From positions 15,857-79,856 of the forward strand of contig CAZOFG010000006.1 of the NCBI GenBank assembly GCA_964579125.1: a DNA stretch of 64,000 nt, written 5' to 3'. Below are positions 39,397-50,319 of this stretch, one piece after another; position 1 is the first letter of the stretch; each line of letters starts with the position of its first letter. A program made the position numbers and the translations under genes. The notes beneath the pieces were generated by a model. That model worked only from the letters and a program-made list of their open reading frames with translations, searched no databases and was not told the origin of the DNA. The stretch is from an uncultured Halobacteriales archaeon (GTDB lineage: Archaea; Halobacteriota; Halobacteria; Halobacteriales; SKSH01).

Positions 39397-40134
39397 CTAC
39401 TCGGAGATCGAGATCGTCAGGAGGTCTTCAGCCGTGGCGACGGTTCCGTCCCAGTGTTCCTGAACACTCGCGACCATGTCGTCTTCTCGGCCTTGGCAAT
39501 GCGGGTAGAGGTGCGTCAAATACACCCGACCGACGTCAATATTGGCGAGGCCTCTCCCAAGCCCACGCGGTCGGGTGTGATTCGAGACATCTACGTCGTC
39601 AGGAAACGCACAGTCGTGAATGAGGACGGCTGAGCCATCGGCGAGATCGAAGACGGCCTCCGAGGGCTCTGTATCACCAGAAATAGTCACCATCTCGTCG
39701 ATTCGATAGGCGAGGCACTCCATCGAGTGGGATGTCTCGACGGCTTCAAACCTGAAGCCATTTATCGTAAAGCGACCGGGTTCTAACTCCCGGATCGTCA
39801 ATTCGAGTCGGTCCTGCATGTACTCGTGCGTCTCGAGCAACCCTGAGATGAGGCGGTCGGTCCCCCCCGGGCCGGCGATCGTGAGGTTGGCCTCGCCAGC
39901 CAGCCACCGCGCCTTCATCAACGGTAGTAAATCCGAGATGTGATCCAAATGGTGGTGCGTCAGTACCACAGTGTCGATCGCTTCATATCCGATATTAGAT
40001 TGTTCGAGTCGATGCAAGATGCCACTTCCACAGTCAACCAGCACTGCCCGGTCCCTCGTGCTGACCACCACCCCGGATTGAAACCGGTTCCCGGTTGGCA
40101 TCGCAGCACCCGTTCCGAGAAACGTGATGTCCAT
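39397..40134 (-). CDS. MBL-fold hydrolase, RNase Z/BN-like
   Basis: ITFLGTGAA, VDCGSG, THHHLDH, SGDT, HDCAF and LTHLYP. Confidence 0.88.
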   Translation of the reverse strand: MDITFLGTGAAMPTGNRFQSGVVVSTRDRAVLVDCGSGILHRLEQSNIGYEAIDTVVLTHHHLDHISDLLPLMKARWLAGEANLTIAGPGGTDRLISGLLETHEYMQDRLELTIRELEPGRFTINGFRFEAVETSHSMECLAYRIDEMVTISGDTEPSEAVFDLADGSAVLIHDCAFPDDVDVSNHTRPRGLGRGLANIDVGRVYLTHLYPHCQGREDDMVASVQEHWDGTVATAEDLLTISISE

Positions 40135-40235
40135 GCACCAAGGCTGGCTCATGCTGGGCTTATATGCGTCGGGCCAGCGCTGCAACACCGCGACGGGTCC
40201 AAACCCTGAATAGTATCGATCGACTTCACCAGTGC

Positions 40236-42920
40236 ATGGAGGGGCCCCCGTTCGAGCGCGTCTCGATTGACCCGAACGGCGGCCCGGCCGATGCGGACCT
40301 GTATGACCGGCTATCCTCGCCCGTAGCTGCATGGTGGCAAGACGCCTTCGACGGGCCGACTGTCGAACGCGCATTCACGCGCCCCCAACGAGGGGCCCTC
40401 CCGGCGATCGCAGCCGGCGAGCATACGTTGGTTTCGTCACCGACAGGGACGGGCAAGACCTTGGCTGCGTTTGTGGGAATCATCGATGATCTCCTGCGAC
40501 GGGCCCAACGGGACCGACTCGGTTCCGGTATCCATTGTCTCTATATCGCGCCGATGCGGGCGCTCGCGAACGATATCGATCGAAACCTCGCAACGCCACT
40601 GAGCGAATTACCTGACTATACCGACGACGAGGTCCCCGAACTCACCCACGCAATCCGACACGGCGATTCAACGGACTGGGAGCGCCAACAACACCGGGAG
40701 GACCCGCCCGACATCATGGCAACGACCCCAGAGACGCTCGCTATCATGCTGAATGCGCCTCGGATGCGCGAACATCTCCAGTCGGTCGAGTACGTGGTCG
40801 TGGACGAGTTACATGCCCTGGCGACGAGAAAACGTGGTGTTCATTTGGCCGTCTCCCTCGAACGATTGACTGAACTCACACCGGTCGATCCAGTTCGAAT
40901 CGCCTGTTCAGCGACGATCGATCCGCTTGAGCGAGCTGCAAAGGCCCTCGTCGGCTTTGACGAACCCGATGGGTCACCACGTCCGTGTCGAATCGTCGAT
41001 GCAAGTGGTGACCGACCGCTCGACTTATCGATGGAGGTTCCGAGTTCCGGCCTGCGGTCCACACCGTATTCCGTGTTGCAGGATGCATTACTCGAACGAA
41101 TCGATACCCTTTGCCGGAATCACGATACCACCCTCGTCTTCGCCAACTCCCGAGCGGGGGCCGAGCGGATACTCACTGAGTTGCGTGATCGATTCGATGG
41201 CTACGGCCGAGATCACGCGGCATGCCACCACGGATCACTCGGACCGAGCACGAGAGAGAGGGTCGAAGCGGGATTGAAGGACGGATCGTTTCGGTTGGTT
41301 ACGACGTCGACGAGTTTGGAACTCGGTATCGACATGTCATCGGTTGACCTCGTCATCCAACTGGGAAGCGCCAAATCGGTGGCCACGCTCCTACAGCGGA
41401 TCGGCCGGTCGGGACACGTCATCAATGCAACTCGGAAAGGGCGGGTGTTGGTGACCGATCCGGGTGATTTGCTCGAAAGTGCCGCACAAGTGGAGTGTGC
41501 GCATGACGGGACGGTCGAATCGATGGCGATCCCGAATGGCCCACTGGATGTCGCCATTCAGCACTTGTATGGAATGGCCGTGGCCGGTCCGTGTGCCGAA
41601 GACACAGCGTGGGCCGTCCTCAAGCGCACGGCCCCGTACGCTGACCTCGACCGGGCACCTTTTGAGGAGTTGCTCGCCTTTCTGGCGAGCGAAGACCCCG
41701 TTCTTCAGAAGCACAACGTCTATCCGAAGATCTGGCGCGATCGCAACGATCCACCGGACGGTGATCGGCATCGCGAGCGGTTTCAGGTCGGGGAATCGAT
41801 CTTCGGAAGCCGGGGACGGCTTGCCCGCATGATTTATTACACGAATGTCGGGACGATCCCAGACGACTTCGCCTGTCACGTCATGACGATCGATGACGAG
41901 GAGTGGGTCGGCGAACTCGACGATGCCTTTCTTGAGGCGATCGAACCGGGGGATGTGTTCGTCCTTGGCGGCGACCGCTATGCGTTTCGCTACCGAAAGG
42001 GAGGAACGATTTATGTCGAGCCGACAGACGACGCGCCAACGGTACCGGAGTGGCAATCGGAGCGACGGCCAACGACCGCCCACCTCGCCGCTGCGACCCG
42101 GAGCCTCACGGGAGAACTCGCCGATGCTTACGCGCGCGGTGGCACCGAACAAGTCCGGCGAGAACTTCGGCGCCGGTCCTCCCTCAGTGATGATGCGATT
42201 CGAGCGATCGGTCGGCAACTCCGCGCTCAGATCGAACATCTGGGGCCCGATGGGATCGTGACCGAAAACCGCCTCTGCATCGAGGAACTGACTGATCCAG
42301 GGGCCGACCGACGTCGATACTTTGTGCGGACGCGGGCTGGTGGTGGCGTCAACGAGGCGTTGGCCAGGTTACTGGCCGAGCGAAGTCGCCAACGGACGGA
42401 TACCTCGATTCCCGTTGCCTACGGTGATGACGGGTTCACTCTCGCGGTTCCGATGAACTGTCGACTCGACGTGGCTGGAATGTTACGCTCCCTCAACGAG
42501 GAGGATCTCGAATCGGCGCTGCGAACATGTCTCCGGGATAGCGAACTCTTCGATCGGCGGTTTCGAATGAATGCGACTCGCTCACTCCTCGTCTTGCGTC
42601 AGTACGGATCGCGCGAACGCACGCCAGCAGAGCAGCAGTTCAAAAGTGACCTCCTGCTCGCTGCCGCCGAAGAGATCGATCACTGTCCACCGCTTGAGGA
42701 AACGTATCGGGAACTTCTGCAGGAACACCTCGAACTCCCTCGCGTGGAAGCACTCGTCGAGGGGGTAGCCGCGGGTGAGACGACTATAGCAACCTTCTCA
42801 GTCGACGAGCCTTCTCCCGCTGCACAGGCGTTGGTTCGCCGCCGTCGCAACGAAGGAATGCGTATCGATCAATCAGGGTCGACGGAGGTTGAATCGCCCA
42901 CGGCTGCAGGCCCCCGCTAG
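40236..42920 (+). CDS. lhr: Lhr-family SF2 ATP-dependent helicase
   Basis: SPTGTGKT, RHGD, TTPE, VVDELH, HHGSL, SLELGID and QRIGRSGH. Confidence 0.93.
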   Translation: MEGPPFERVSIDPNGGPADADLYDRLSSPVAAWWQDAFDGPTVERAFTRPQRGALPAIAAGEHTLVSSPTGTGKTLAAFVGIIDDLLRRAQRDRLGSGIHCLYIAPMRALANDIDRNLATPLSELPDYTDDEVPELTHAIRHGDSTDWERQQHREDPPDIMATTPETLAIMLNAPRMREHLQSVEYVVVDELHALATRKRGVHLAVSLERLTELTPVDPVRIACSATIDPLERAAKALVGFDEPDGSPRPCRIVDASGDRPLDLSMEVPSSGLRSTPYSVLQDALLERIDTLCRNHDTTLVFANSRAGAERILTELRDRFDGYGRDHAACHHGSLGPSTRERVEAGLKDGSFRLVTTSTSLELGIDMSSVDLVIQLGSAKSVATLLQRIGRSGHVINATRKGRVLVTDPGDLLESAAQVECAHDGTVESMAIPNGPLDVAIQHLYGMAVAGPCAEDTAWAVLKRTAPYADLDRAPFEELLAFLASEDPVLQKHNVYPKIWRDRNDPPDGDRHRERFQVGESIFGSRGRLARMIYYTNVGTIPDDFACHVMTIDDEEWVGELDDAFLEAIEPGDVFVLGGDRYAFRYRKGGTIYVEPTDDAPTVPEWQSERRPTTAHLAAATRSLTGELADAYARGGTEQVRRELRRRSSLSDDAIRAIGRQLRAQIEHLGPDGIVTENRLCIEELTDPGADRRRYFVRTRAGGGVNEALARLLAERSRQRTDTSIPVAYGDDGFTLAVPMNCRLDVAGMLRSLNEEDLESALRTCLRDSELFDRRFRMNATRSLLVLRQYGSRERTPAEQQFKSDLLLAAAEEIDHCPPLEETYRELLQEHLELPRVEALVEGVAAGETTIATFSVDEPSPAAQALVRRRRNEGMRIDQSGSTEVESPTAAGPR

Positions 42921-42926
42921 CGGTTG

Positions 42927-43391
42927 TTACTCATCGGGAGGCTCCGTCGGGTGTTCGAGGCGGTCGTCATGCCATCGTTCGGCATCGGAGTCATCAACCG
43001 GTTCTCGCTGGATCCGGATCCGATCCAGGTCATCGTGTATCTCCTCGAGGCGCCCATCGAGCACCGACAACAGTTCTGATTTGACTCGCTCGGTGTCATA
43101 CCACTCGGCGAAGGTCGCTTCAAGGATGGCCATCCTGACATGGTGTGAAACCGCGGTTGCTCCGATCCACCAGATGCCGATCCCAACGAGAAAGACGAGC
43201 AATCCACCGCCGCCACTTACGGTGGTGAGGGGGGCGCTGGAAATATCCGGCCAGTTCGCCCACCACGTCGTCAATACGTCGTACAGCCCGAGCCAGAGGC
43301 CGATGGCTGCAAGCCCGCCACCGAGGAGGGCTACGCCGAATGAGAGGGCTCGATGATAGAGAGCCCATCGAAGGGATGTCGCGGCGTCCAT
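42927..43391 (-). CDS. Hypothetical 2-TM membrane protein with coiled-coil tail
   Basis: Two hydrophobic segments followed by DTERVKSELLSVLDGRL; divergent from ppsA. Confidence 0.7.
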   Translation of the reverse strand: MDAATSLRWALYHRALSFGVALLGGGLAAIGLWLGLYDVLTTWWANWPDISSAPLTTVSGGGGLLVFLVGIGIWWIGATAVSHHVRMAILEATFAEWYDTERVKSELLSVLDGRLEEIHDDLDRIRIQREPVDDSDAERWHDDRLEHPTEPPDE

Positions 43392-43488
43392 ACCGGCCAC
43401 GCCCGAGTGATGCGGTATAAAAGTGCTGGTGCGGTTGTTGACTCCTTCGGAACCTTGATGGTCGGTGTTCACCATCACTCACTCATCA

Positions 43489-45750
43489 ATGACCGTTTTG
43501 TGGTTGGATGAGATCGACTCGTCCGATCTCGATCGAGTCGGCGGGAAGGGGGCATCGCTGGGGGAACTCGCAGGCGCGGACTTGCCCGTACCGGATGCGT
43601 TCGTCGTTACAGCTGATACTTATCGCGAGTTCGTTCGCGAAGCCGGTATCGAGGCCGATATCGAGGCGGCTCTCGACATCGATCCCGACGACTCCGATGC
43701 CTTGGCTGACGCGCAAGCGCAGGCCAGCACCCTGATCGAGGAGACGTCATTTCCTGATCCTCTCAGAGAGGAACTGCTTGAGGCCTACGATGCGCTCGTG
43801 GAGGAGTATGCACCCTTCGTGGCGGTGCGCTCGAGTGCGACCGCGGAGGACATGCCCGAAGCGAGTTTCGCGGGCCAGCAGGAGACGTTTCTCAATGTCG
43901 ATCGTGAAGGGTTGTTGACCGCCGTACGCTCGTGTTGGGCCTCGTTATTCACCCAGCGAGCGATCTACTATCGGGAGGAACAGGGATTCGACCATACGGA
44001 GGTCGATATGGCCGTTGTTGTCCAACAGATGGTCGATGCCGACAAAAGCGGTGTCCTCTTCACAAGTCACCCGTCAACCGGCGACCCCGAGGTCATAATC
44101 GAAGCGGCATGGGGGTTGGGCGAGGCGGTTGTCTCCGGAGAAGTTTCACCGGACAATTACGTGCTTGATCGCAACGAGGGAACGATCCTCGAAACGACGA
44201 TTGCGACGAAGAACGTACAACATCGGCTGGATCGCGATACCGGGACAACCGTCGAAGAACCTGTCCCGGAGGACCAACGTGATGCCCGTGTGTTATCAGA
44301 AGACGAACTCGGGACATTGTGTGACCTGGCTCTGGAGATCGAGACCCACTACGGATCACCACAAGATGTCGAGTGGGCCCTGGCCGAAGGCGACCTGTTT
44401 GTCCTCCAGTCCCGACCGATCACCACGATCGACGCAGAGTCTAGCACGGCCGTGGCAGCCAATGGCGGTACGGATTCCGCCGGGGAACAACTATTGAGCG
44501 GCCTTGGGGCCAGCCCAGGCCGTGTAAGCGGTACCGTCCGTATCGTGCGAAACCTCGATCACCTCGATCAGGTTGACGACGGGGATATCATGGTCACGGA
44601 GATGACCACGCCGGATATGGTTCCGGCCATGAAGCGGGCTGGCGGTATCGTCACCGATGAGGGGGGCATGACGAGTCACGCGGCCATCGTGTCGCGAGAA
44701 CTCGGTGTCCCGGCGATCGTCGGGACCGGTTCGGCGACTGAGGCGCTCGAAAACGGGCAGATCATCACCGTCGATGGCGACAAAGGGAAAGTCACTGCCG
44801 GCCAGGATGAGGCGGCCGAACCTGAGCCGATCGAAGAGGTCAGACCGAAAGCGCCCGTCAAACCGATGACGGCCACCGAGGTCAAGGTCAACGTCTCCAT
44901 CCCGGAGGCGGCCGAGCGAGCCGCTGCGACCGGTGCGGATGGCGTCGGGTTGTTGCGCATCGAACACATGGTTCTCTCCCTCGGCTCGACGCCTGAGCGC
45001 TTCATTGCGGACAACGACGAGGAGGCATACGTTCAAGAGCTCGTGACGGGAATCCGGGAGGTTGCCGAGGAATTCTACCCGCGGTCGGTTCGGGTTCGAA
45101 CGCTGGATGCACCGACCGACGAGTTCCGCCAACTTGAGGGCGGAGACGACGAACCCGTCGAGCACAACCCAATGCTCGGCTTTCGGGGGATCAGGCGTAG
45201 CTTGGCTCGTCGTGCCATGTTCCAACACGAGCTCCGCGCGTTCAAGGAGCTCTTTGAGATGGGTTACGACAACGTCGAAATCATGTTTCCATTGGTCAAT
45301 GATGCCGATGACGTCTACGCCGCAAAGGAGGTCATGAACTCAGTGGGGATCGACCCGGAGCGGCGGAACTGGGGGGTCATGATCGAAACGCCAGCAAGCG
45401 CGCTGTGCGTGGATGAAATGGCCGAAGCCGGTATCGATTTCGCGAGTTTCGGCACCAATGATCTGACGCAGTATACCCTCGCAGTGGATCGGAACAACGA
45501 ACTGGTCGCCGACCGATTCGATGAGTTACATCCGGCAGTGCTTGAATTGATCGCCCGAACCATTCGGACGTGTCGCAAGCATGATGTCGAGACAGGTATC
45601 TGTGGCCAGGCCGGTTCCCGTCCGGAAATGGTGGAGTTCCTCGTTGAGGAGGGCATCAGCGCCATCAGTGCGAACATCGATGCCGTGCGAGACGTCCAGC
45701 ATGAAGTGAAACGCACTGAACAGCGAATGCTGATGGATTCGATTCGCTGA
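43489..45750 (+). CDS. ppsA: Phosphoenolpyruvate synthase
   Basis: VGGKGASLGEL, AVRSSATAED, GGMTSHAAIV (phospho-His), ENPM-like EHNPMLGFRG and SFGTNDLTQ. Confidence 0.96.
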   Translation: MTVLWLDEIDSSDLDRVGGKGASLGELAGADLPVPDAFVVTADTYREFVREAGIEADIEAALDIDPDDSDALADAQAQASTLIEETSFPDPLREELLEAYDALVEEYAPFVAVRSSATAEDMPEASFAGQQETFLNVDREGLLTAVRSCWASLFTQRAIYYREEQGFDHTEVDMAVVVQQMVDADKSGVLFTSHPSTGDPEVIIEAAWGLGEAVVSGEVSPDNYVLDRNEGTILETTIATKNVQHRLDRDTGTTVEEPVPEDQRDARVLSEDELGTLCDLALEIETHYGSPQDVEWALAEGDLFVLQSRPITTIDAESSTAVAANGGTDSAGEQLLSGLGASPGRVSGTVRIVRNLDHLDQVDDGDIMVTEMTTPDMVPAMKRAGGIVTDEGGMTSHAAIVSRELGVPAIVGTGSATEALENGQIITVDGDKGKVTAGQDEAAEPEPIEEVRPKAPVKPMTATEVKVNVSIPEAAERAAATGADGVGLLRIEHMVLSLGSTPERFIADNDEEAYVQELVTGIREVAEEFYPRSVRVRTLDAPTDEFRQLEGGDDEPVEHNPMLGFRGIRRSLARRAMFQHELRAFKELFEMGYDNVEIMFPLVNDADDVYAAKEVMNSVGIDPERRNWGVMIETPASALCVDEMAEAGIDFASFGTNDLTQYTLAVDRNNELVADRFDELHPAVLELIARTIRTCRKHDVETGICGQAGSRPEMVEFLVEEGISAISANIDAVRDVQHEVKRTEQRMLMDSIR

Positions 45751-45801
45751 GCCCCCTGGCGGAACGCAACCGCTAAAGTGACAACCGCATTGGCGCCGCA
45801 T

Positions 45802-46854
45802 ATGGAGCGGTCGCCCCAGTCGTTTACCCGCGTCTTGTCGTCGATGTGTACTCGGCCACATCCCCAAGCCCGCGAAGCGGCGACACGGTTTCTCGCCACC
45901 AATCCAGGGGACCCAGGAACGTTTCCAACGGTGGCGTCGATTGAGTCCGAAGTCGTCGAGGCGCTCGGTGAGATCGCTGATCTCGACGATCCCACCGGAT
46001 ACGTCGCGAGCGGCGGGACGGAAGCGAACATTCAGGCGGTTCGAATCGCCAGGGAGCGATCCGACACTGACACACCGAACGTCGTGCTCCCTGCATCGGC
46101 GCATTTCAGCTTCCACAAAGCGGCGTCGTTGTTGGATCTCGAGGTCCGGGTCGCAGAAACTGGTGACGATGGTCGTGTCGATCTGGCTGACGTGAAGCGT
46201 CTCATCGATAACGAGACGGCTCTCGTGGTCGGTGTCGCCGGCACGACTGAGTACGGCCGGGTCGATCCGATTCCTGCGCTGTGTGATATCGCCGCGACGG
46301 TCGACGCGCGAGTCCACGTCGACGCGGCGTGGGGTGGTTTCATCCTCCCATTCACCGATTACCAGTGGCATTTCGGCCATTCCTCGATCGATTCAATGAC
46401 GATCGATCCCCACAAGCTCGGCCAGGCTGCGATTCCAGCAGGGGGACTCCTCGTGAAACGGGCGGCTGATCTGGAGGCGCTTTCCGTCAATACTCCTTAT
46501 CTTCACACCGATGAACAACCAACCCTCCTCGGAACTCGCAGCGGAGCCGGTGTCGCCTCGGCCCACGCGGCAATTGAAGCCCTCTGGCCGGAGGGGTATC
46601 ACCAGGAATACGAACGGGCCAACGAATTGGCCGAATGGCTGACGGATCGTCTGCACATGCGCGGCTTCGAGGTCGTTGAACCGACACTGCCCATTGTTTC
46701 TGTTACCCTTGCTGATGAGGTGTTCACTGCACTCAGAGACCGAGGCTGGCGCGTTTCTCGCACGAGTACCGACGAACTACGGATCGTCGTCATGCCGCAC
46801 GTTACTCGGGAAATGCTGGAGGAATTCCTCACCGATCTTGATACTATCGAGTAA
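45802..46854 (+). CDS. mfnA: L-tyrosine/L-aspartate decarboxylase (PLP-dependent)
   Basis: [34 protein letters not shown] and LGTRSG. Confidence 0.92.
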   Translation: MERSPQSFTRVLSSMCTRPHPQAREAATRFLATNPGDPGTFPTVASIESEVVEALGEIADLDDPTGYVASGGTEANIQAVRIARERSDTDTPNVVLPASAHFSFHKAASLLDLEVRVAETGDDGRVDLADVKRLIDNETALVVGVAGTTEYGRVDPIPALCDIAATVDARVHVDAAWGGFILPFTDYQWHFGHSSIDSMTIDPHKLGQAAIPAGGLLVKRAADLEALSVNTPYLHTDEQPTLLGTRSGAGVASAHAAIEALWPEGYHQEYERANELAEWLTDRLHMRGFEVVEPTLPIVSVTLADEVFTALRDRGWRVSRTSTDELRIVVMPHVTREMLEEFLTDLDTIE

Positions 46855-46863
46855 GTGGCACCG

Positions 46864-47844
46864 TTACGACGAGTCCAGAGTGACCCCCGCGATGTCGATC
46901 CCTGTGCCTTCCTCAATGTGTCCTACGACGTGGCCATCGACCTCGTTGGCGATCGTCCTGGCGTGGTCGGGGTTAGTGGCAATAACGAAGCCAAGTCCCA
47001 TGTTGAACGTCTGGTACATCTCTCGATCGGCGATCGATCCACATTCCTGCACGAACGCGAAGACCGACGGGACGGTCGGAGGGTCGGTGATGACATAGCG
47101 GTAGTCGCCCATTCTGGCCAAATTACGGAGTCCGCCGCCCGTAACATGAGCACAGCCATGGACGGTATCCGACGAAAGGACGGATACAACCTCCGTGTAG
47201 ATTCGAGTTGGGGTGAGAAGTTCCTCACCAATTGATCGTGCCGCATCAGGCGGGAAGGGGTCCTGATAGTCGTACCTCGAGGTGACAGCTTGTCGAGCGA
47301 GCGTCAGTCCGTTGGAATGAATCCCACTTGAGGGGATCCCCACGAGGGCGTCACCTGGAGCAACCGACGTTTCGAAGTGATCGTCATGGTCAGCGATCCC
47401 GATCGCGGCACCGGCCAGATCAAAGCCATCTATTACTTCGGGAAGGATCGCCGTTTCACCGCCAAGTAGTGCCACGTCAGCGCGCTCTGCACCGACAGCC
47501 AACCCCTCCCCAAGTTCGGCAGTGAGGTCTTCGTCGGGAGATTCGAGCGCCAAGTAATCCACGAACCCGATAGGGCGTAACCCGCCGGCGATGAGGTCGT
47601 TAACGTTCATCGCTATGCAATCGATCCCGATCGTATCGTACGTTTCGAGCGCATCAGCAACGAGCAGTTTGGTGCCAACGCCATCGGTTGTGAGTCCGAT
47701 TCGGAGCCCATTGAGTTCCACAATACCAGCGTAGGCCGAGTCGTCCAGGCGGTCTCCGGCCGTGATCAGGGCTTGCGTTGCGGCTTCGGAGGCCGCGATG
47801 TCGACCCCGGCATCCGCATACGTCATCCCCTCGTCGTCGTTCAT
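46864..47844 (-). CDS. purM: Phosphoribosylformylglycinamidine cyclo-ligase (AIR synthase)
   Basis: TYADAGVD, DGVGTK, MNVND, GGETA, SSGIHSNG, HVTGGG and TFNMG. Confidence 0.96.
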   Translation of the reverse strand: MNDDEGMTYADAGVDIAASEAATQALITAGDRLDDSAYAGIVELNGLRIGLTTDGVGTKLLVADALETYDTIGIDCIAMNVNDLIAGGLRPIGFVDYLALESPDEDLTAELGEGLAVGAERADVALLGGETAILPEVIDGFDLAGAAIGIADHDDHFETSVAPGDALVGIPSSGIHSNGLTLARQAVTSRYDYQDPFPPDAARSIGEELLTPTRIYTEVVSVLSSDTVHGCAHVTGGGLRNLARMGDYRYVITDPPTVPSVFAFVQECGSIADREMYQTFNMGLGFVIATNPDHARTIANEVDGHVVGHIEEGTGIDIAGVTLDSS

Positions 47845-47928
47845 GGGTCTAGCCCGCCAGGTCGGTCCAAAAATACGTCGGTCGTCCTCGCCACCCATTT
47901 ATCCCCATATCGATCCTATAGGTTCGAC

Positions 47929-49392
47929 ATGACGACCTTCCAGGCAGGGGAGTTCACGCTCACCCAGGTCGAGGAGTACATCTGGGAAATGGAGCAAACT
48001 GACGAGATGAACGTCCCCGCACGGGTTTTCGCCAGCGAACGGCTCTTAGAGGAAATTTCCGGGGACAAAACACTCAACCAATTGCGAAATACGACCGAAC
48101 TTCCGGGCATTCAGAAATACGCGATGTGCATGCCGGATGGACATCAGGGATATGGTTTTCCGGTCGGTGGGGTCGCCGGAATCGATGCCGAGGATGGCTG
48201 TATTTCGCCAGGGGCTGTGGGATATGACATTAATTGTGGGGTCCGGATCATGAAGACAAATCTGTCATATGACGAGGTTCGGGGCCAAGAGGAACCCCTC
48301 GTCAACGCGCTCTTTGAAGCGATTCCAACCGGACTTGGAGGCGGTGGCGTCGTTCAGACTGATCTGGCGGATGTAGAGGCTGTCCTCGAGCGAGGGCTCG
48401 AGTGGGCACTCGAATCAGGATGGGCCGTCGAGGCGGATTTGGCGCATTGTGAGGACGAGGGCCGACGACCAGAGGCCGATGCCGCGGCCGTTTCGACCGA
48501 AGCGAAAAACCGGGGCCGCAAACAGATCGGATCGTTGGGATCGGGCAATCATTTTCTCGAAGTCCAACGGGTAACGGATGTGTTCGACCCCGCAATTGGG
48601 GAGGCATACGGGTTGGAAGAAGATCAGATCGTGGTCCTCATTCATTGTGGGTCTCGGGGGCTCGGTCATCAGGTCTGCACGGACTATCTCCGCGATATCG
48701 AACGGACCCACCGCGGCCTCGTCAATCAGTTACCGGACAAAGAGCTGGCAGCGGCGCCGGCTGGGTCGCAATTGGCGGACGCGTACTATCGGGCGATGTG
48801 CGCCTCGATCAATTTCGCCTGGGTCAATCGACAACTCATCATGCATCAAACACGACAGGTCTTTGAAGACGTGTTTGATCGCTCCTGGCAAGCGATGGAA
48901 ATGGACCTCCTGTACGATGTGGCGCACAATATAGCCAAACGGGAAACACACGAGGTAGGGCCAGGCGAGGAGCGTGAGCTTTTCGTCCATCGGAAGGGGG
49001 CAACCCGAGCATTCCCAGCCGGCCACGAGGCTGTTCCGGCCGCCTATCGTGATGTCGGTCAACCGGTCATCATTCCTGGGAGCATGGGGGCTGGTTCGTA
49101 CGTCCTCAGCGGTGGTGACCGATCGATGGAACTCTCATTCGGTTCGACGGCGCATGGTGCGGGACGGCTCATGAGTCGAACACAGGCGAAGCAGGAGTTC
49201 TGGGGTGGCGACGTGCAGGAGGATCTGCAGACCCAACAGCAGATTTACGTCAAGGCCCAAAGTGGCGCGACGGTCGCGGAAGAAGCGCCCGGCGTCTACA
49301 AAGACGTTGACGAGGTCGTCAGAGTCTCGGATGCCTTGGGCATCGGTGAGAAGGTTGCCAGGACCTTTCCCGTGTGCAATATCAAGGGCTGA
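47929..49392 (+). CDS. rtcB: RtcB tRNA-splicing/RNA repair ligase
   Basis: MPDGHQGYGFP, DINCG, GSGNHF, HCGSRG, HNIAK, HRKGA and AHGAGR. Confidence 0.96.
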   Translation: MTTFQAGEFTLTQVEEYIWEMEQTDEMNVPARVFASERLLEEISGDKTLNQLRNTTELPGIQKYAMCMPDGHQGYGFPVGGVAGIDAEDGCISPGAVGYDINCGVRIMKTNLSYDEVRGQEEPLVNALFEAIPTGLGGGGVVQTDLADVEAVLERGLEWALESGWAVEADLAHCEDEGRRPEADAAAVSTEAKNRGRKQIGSLGSGNHFLEVQRVTDVFDPAIGEAYGLEEDQIVVLIHCGSRGLGHQVCTDYLRDIERTHRGLVNQLPDKELAAAPAGSQLADAYYRAMCASINFAWVNRQLIMHQTRQVFEDVFDRSWQAMEMDLLYDVAHNIAKRETHEVGPGEERELFVHRKGATRAFPAGHEAVPAAYRDVGQPVIIPGSMGAGSYVLSGGDRSMELSFGSTAHGAGRLMSRTQAKQEFWGGDVQEDLQTQQQIYVKAQSGATVAEEAPGVYKDVDEVVRVSDALGIGEKVARTFPVCNIKG

Positions 49393-49452
49393 ATGAGTGT
49401 CCCATCCGGTCGGCGCGGAAGGATTTAGTCGCTCACCCCCGAGTCGGGTCGT

Positions 49453-50319
49453 ATGATCGACGATACCGTGGAGGAAATCGAGGACATGCAGACACACAGC
49501 TCCTCGGATGTCGCCCTGAAAGCGGCCGCCGCGCTCCGTTCTGTCCTCGATGGCGAATATGCCACCACGGAGGAGTACCTCCGAACCCTTGAACGAAATG
49601 CACGAACGCTCCGACACGCGGATACCTCACACGCCTCATTATACACGACGACGAAACGTATCACCGAGGCCGTCCGTGATAACGAACCGACCACCGTCTC
49701 GGAAGCGAAGGCGCAAACAGAGGCGGCCATTGACGAGGAGCGAGCCCGAATCGAGACGGCGACTGCGGAGGCCGCTACTCGCGCCGCCGAGGAAATCCCC
49801 GCCGGTGGCACCATATTGACCTTCGATTTTTCATCGACTGTGTTGACCGCCATTTCAGCGGCGGCTTCGACCGAGGAGCCACTAACGGTGTACGTTATGG
49901 AGGCTCGACCGCGATGGCTGGGTCGAAAAATGGCCCGACGGCTCGGGCAACTCGACGGGGTTGAGCCGGTCTTGATCGTTGACAATGCCGCAGGGACGGT
50001 CATTGATGGGGTCGACCTCGTGCTTACTGGAATGACGTGCGTCGTCGAAGGAACGTTGTATAATCGCGTGGGGACGTTTCCATTAGCACTCACGGCAGCG
50101 AACGCAGCAGTTCCGATGTATGCTACTGGTGCCGAAACCAAACTTGTCGAAGATCCGTTCGTCTTCGAAGCTGAGCCTCGTCCGGTGAGTGAAGTTTCAC
50201 TCGAACCGATGGATGACGTTGCAATCGAAAACCCCGCTTACGATGCGACGCCGGTCGAACTGCTGTCGGGAATCATTACTGATGAGGGGATTACCCATGA
50301 TGCGGAAAGACGGCTTTAA
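49453..50319 (+). CDS. eIF-2B alpha/beta/delta-family protein (R15P isomerase paralogue)
   Basis: EIEDMQTHSS, MEARP, NRVGT and AYDATP...IITD. Confidence 0.85.
   Translation: MIDDTVEEIEDMQTHSSSDVALKAAAALRSVLDGEYATTEEYLRTLERNARTLRHADTSHASLYTTTKRITEAVRDNEPTTVSEAKAQTEAAIDEERARIETATAEAATRAAEEIPAGGTILTFDFSSTVLTAISAAASTEEPLTVYVMEARPRWLGRKMARRLGQLDGVEPVLIVDNAAGTVIDGVDLVLTGMTCVVEGTLYNRVGTFPLALTAANAAVPMYATGAETKLVEDPFVFEAEPRPVSEVSLEPMDDVAIENPAYDATPVELLSGIITDEGITHDAERRL

Noticed and set aside
41391-42239. 282-aa minus-strand ORF
   Set aside because: Antisense to the lhr helicase.
45526-46380. 284-aa minus-strand ORF
   Set aside because: Antisense to ppsA/mfnA; no motifs.
40236-49392. Inteins in lhr, ppsA or rtcB
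   Set aside because: Protein lengths fit intein-free homologues and I saw no LAGLIDADG or C-terminal HN-C/S/T insertions.
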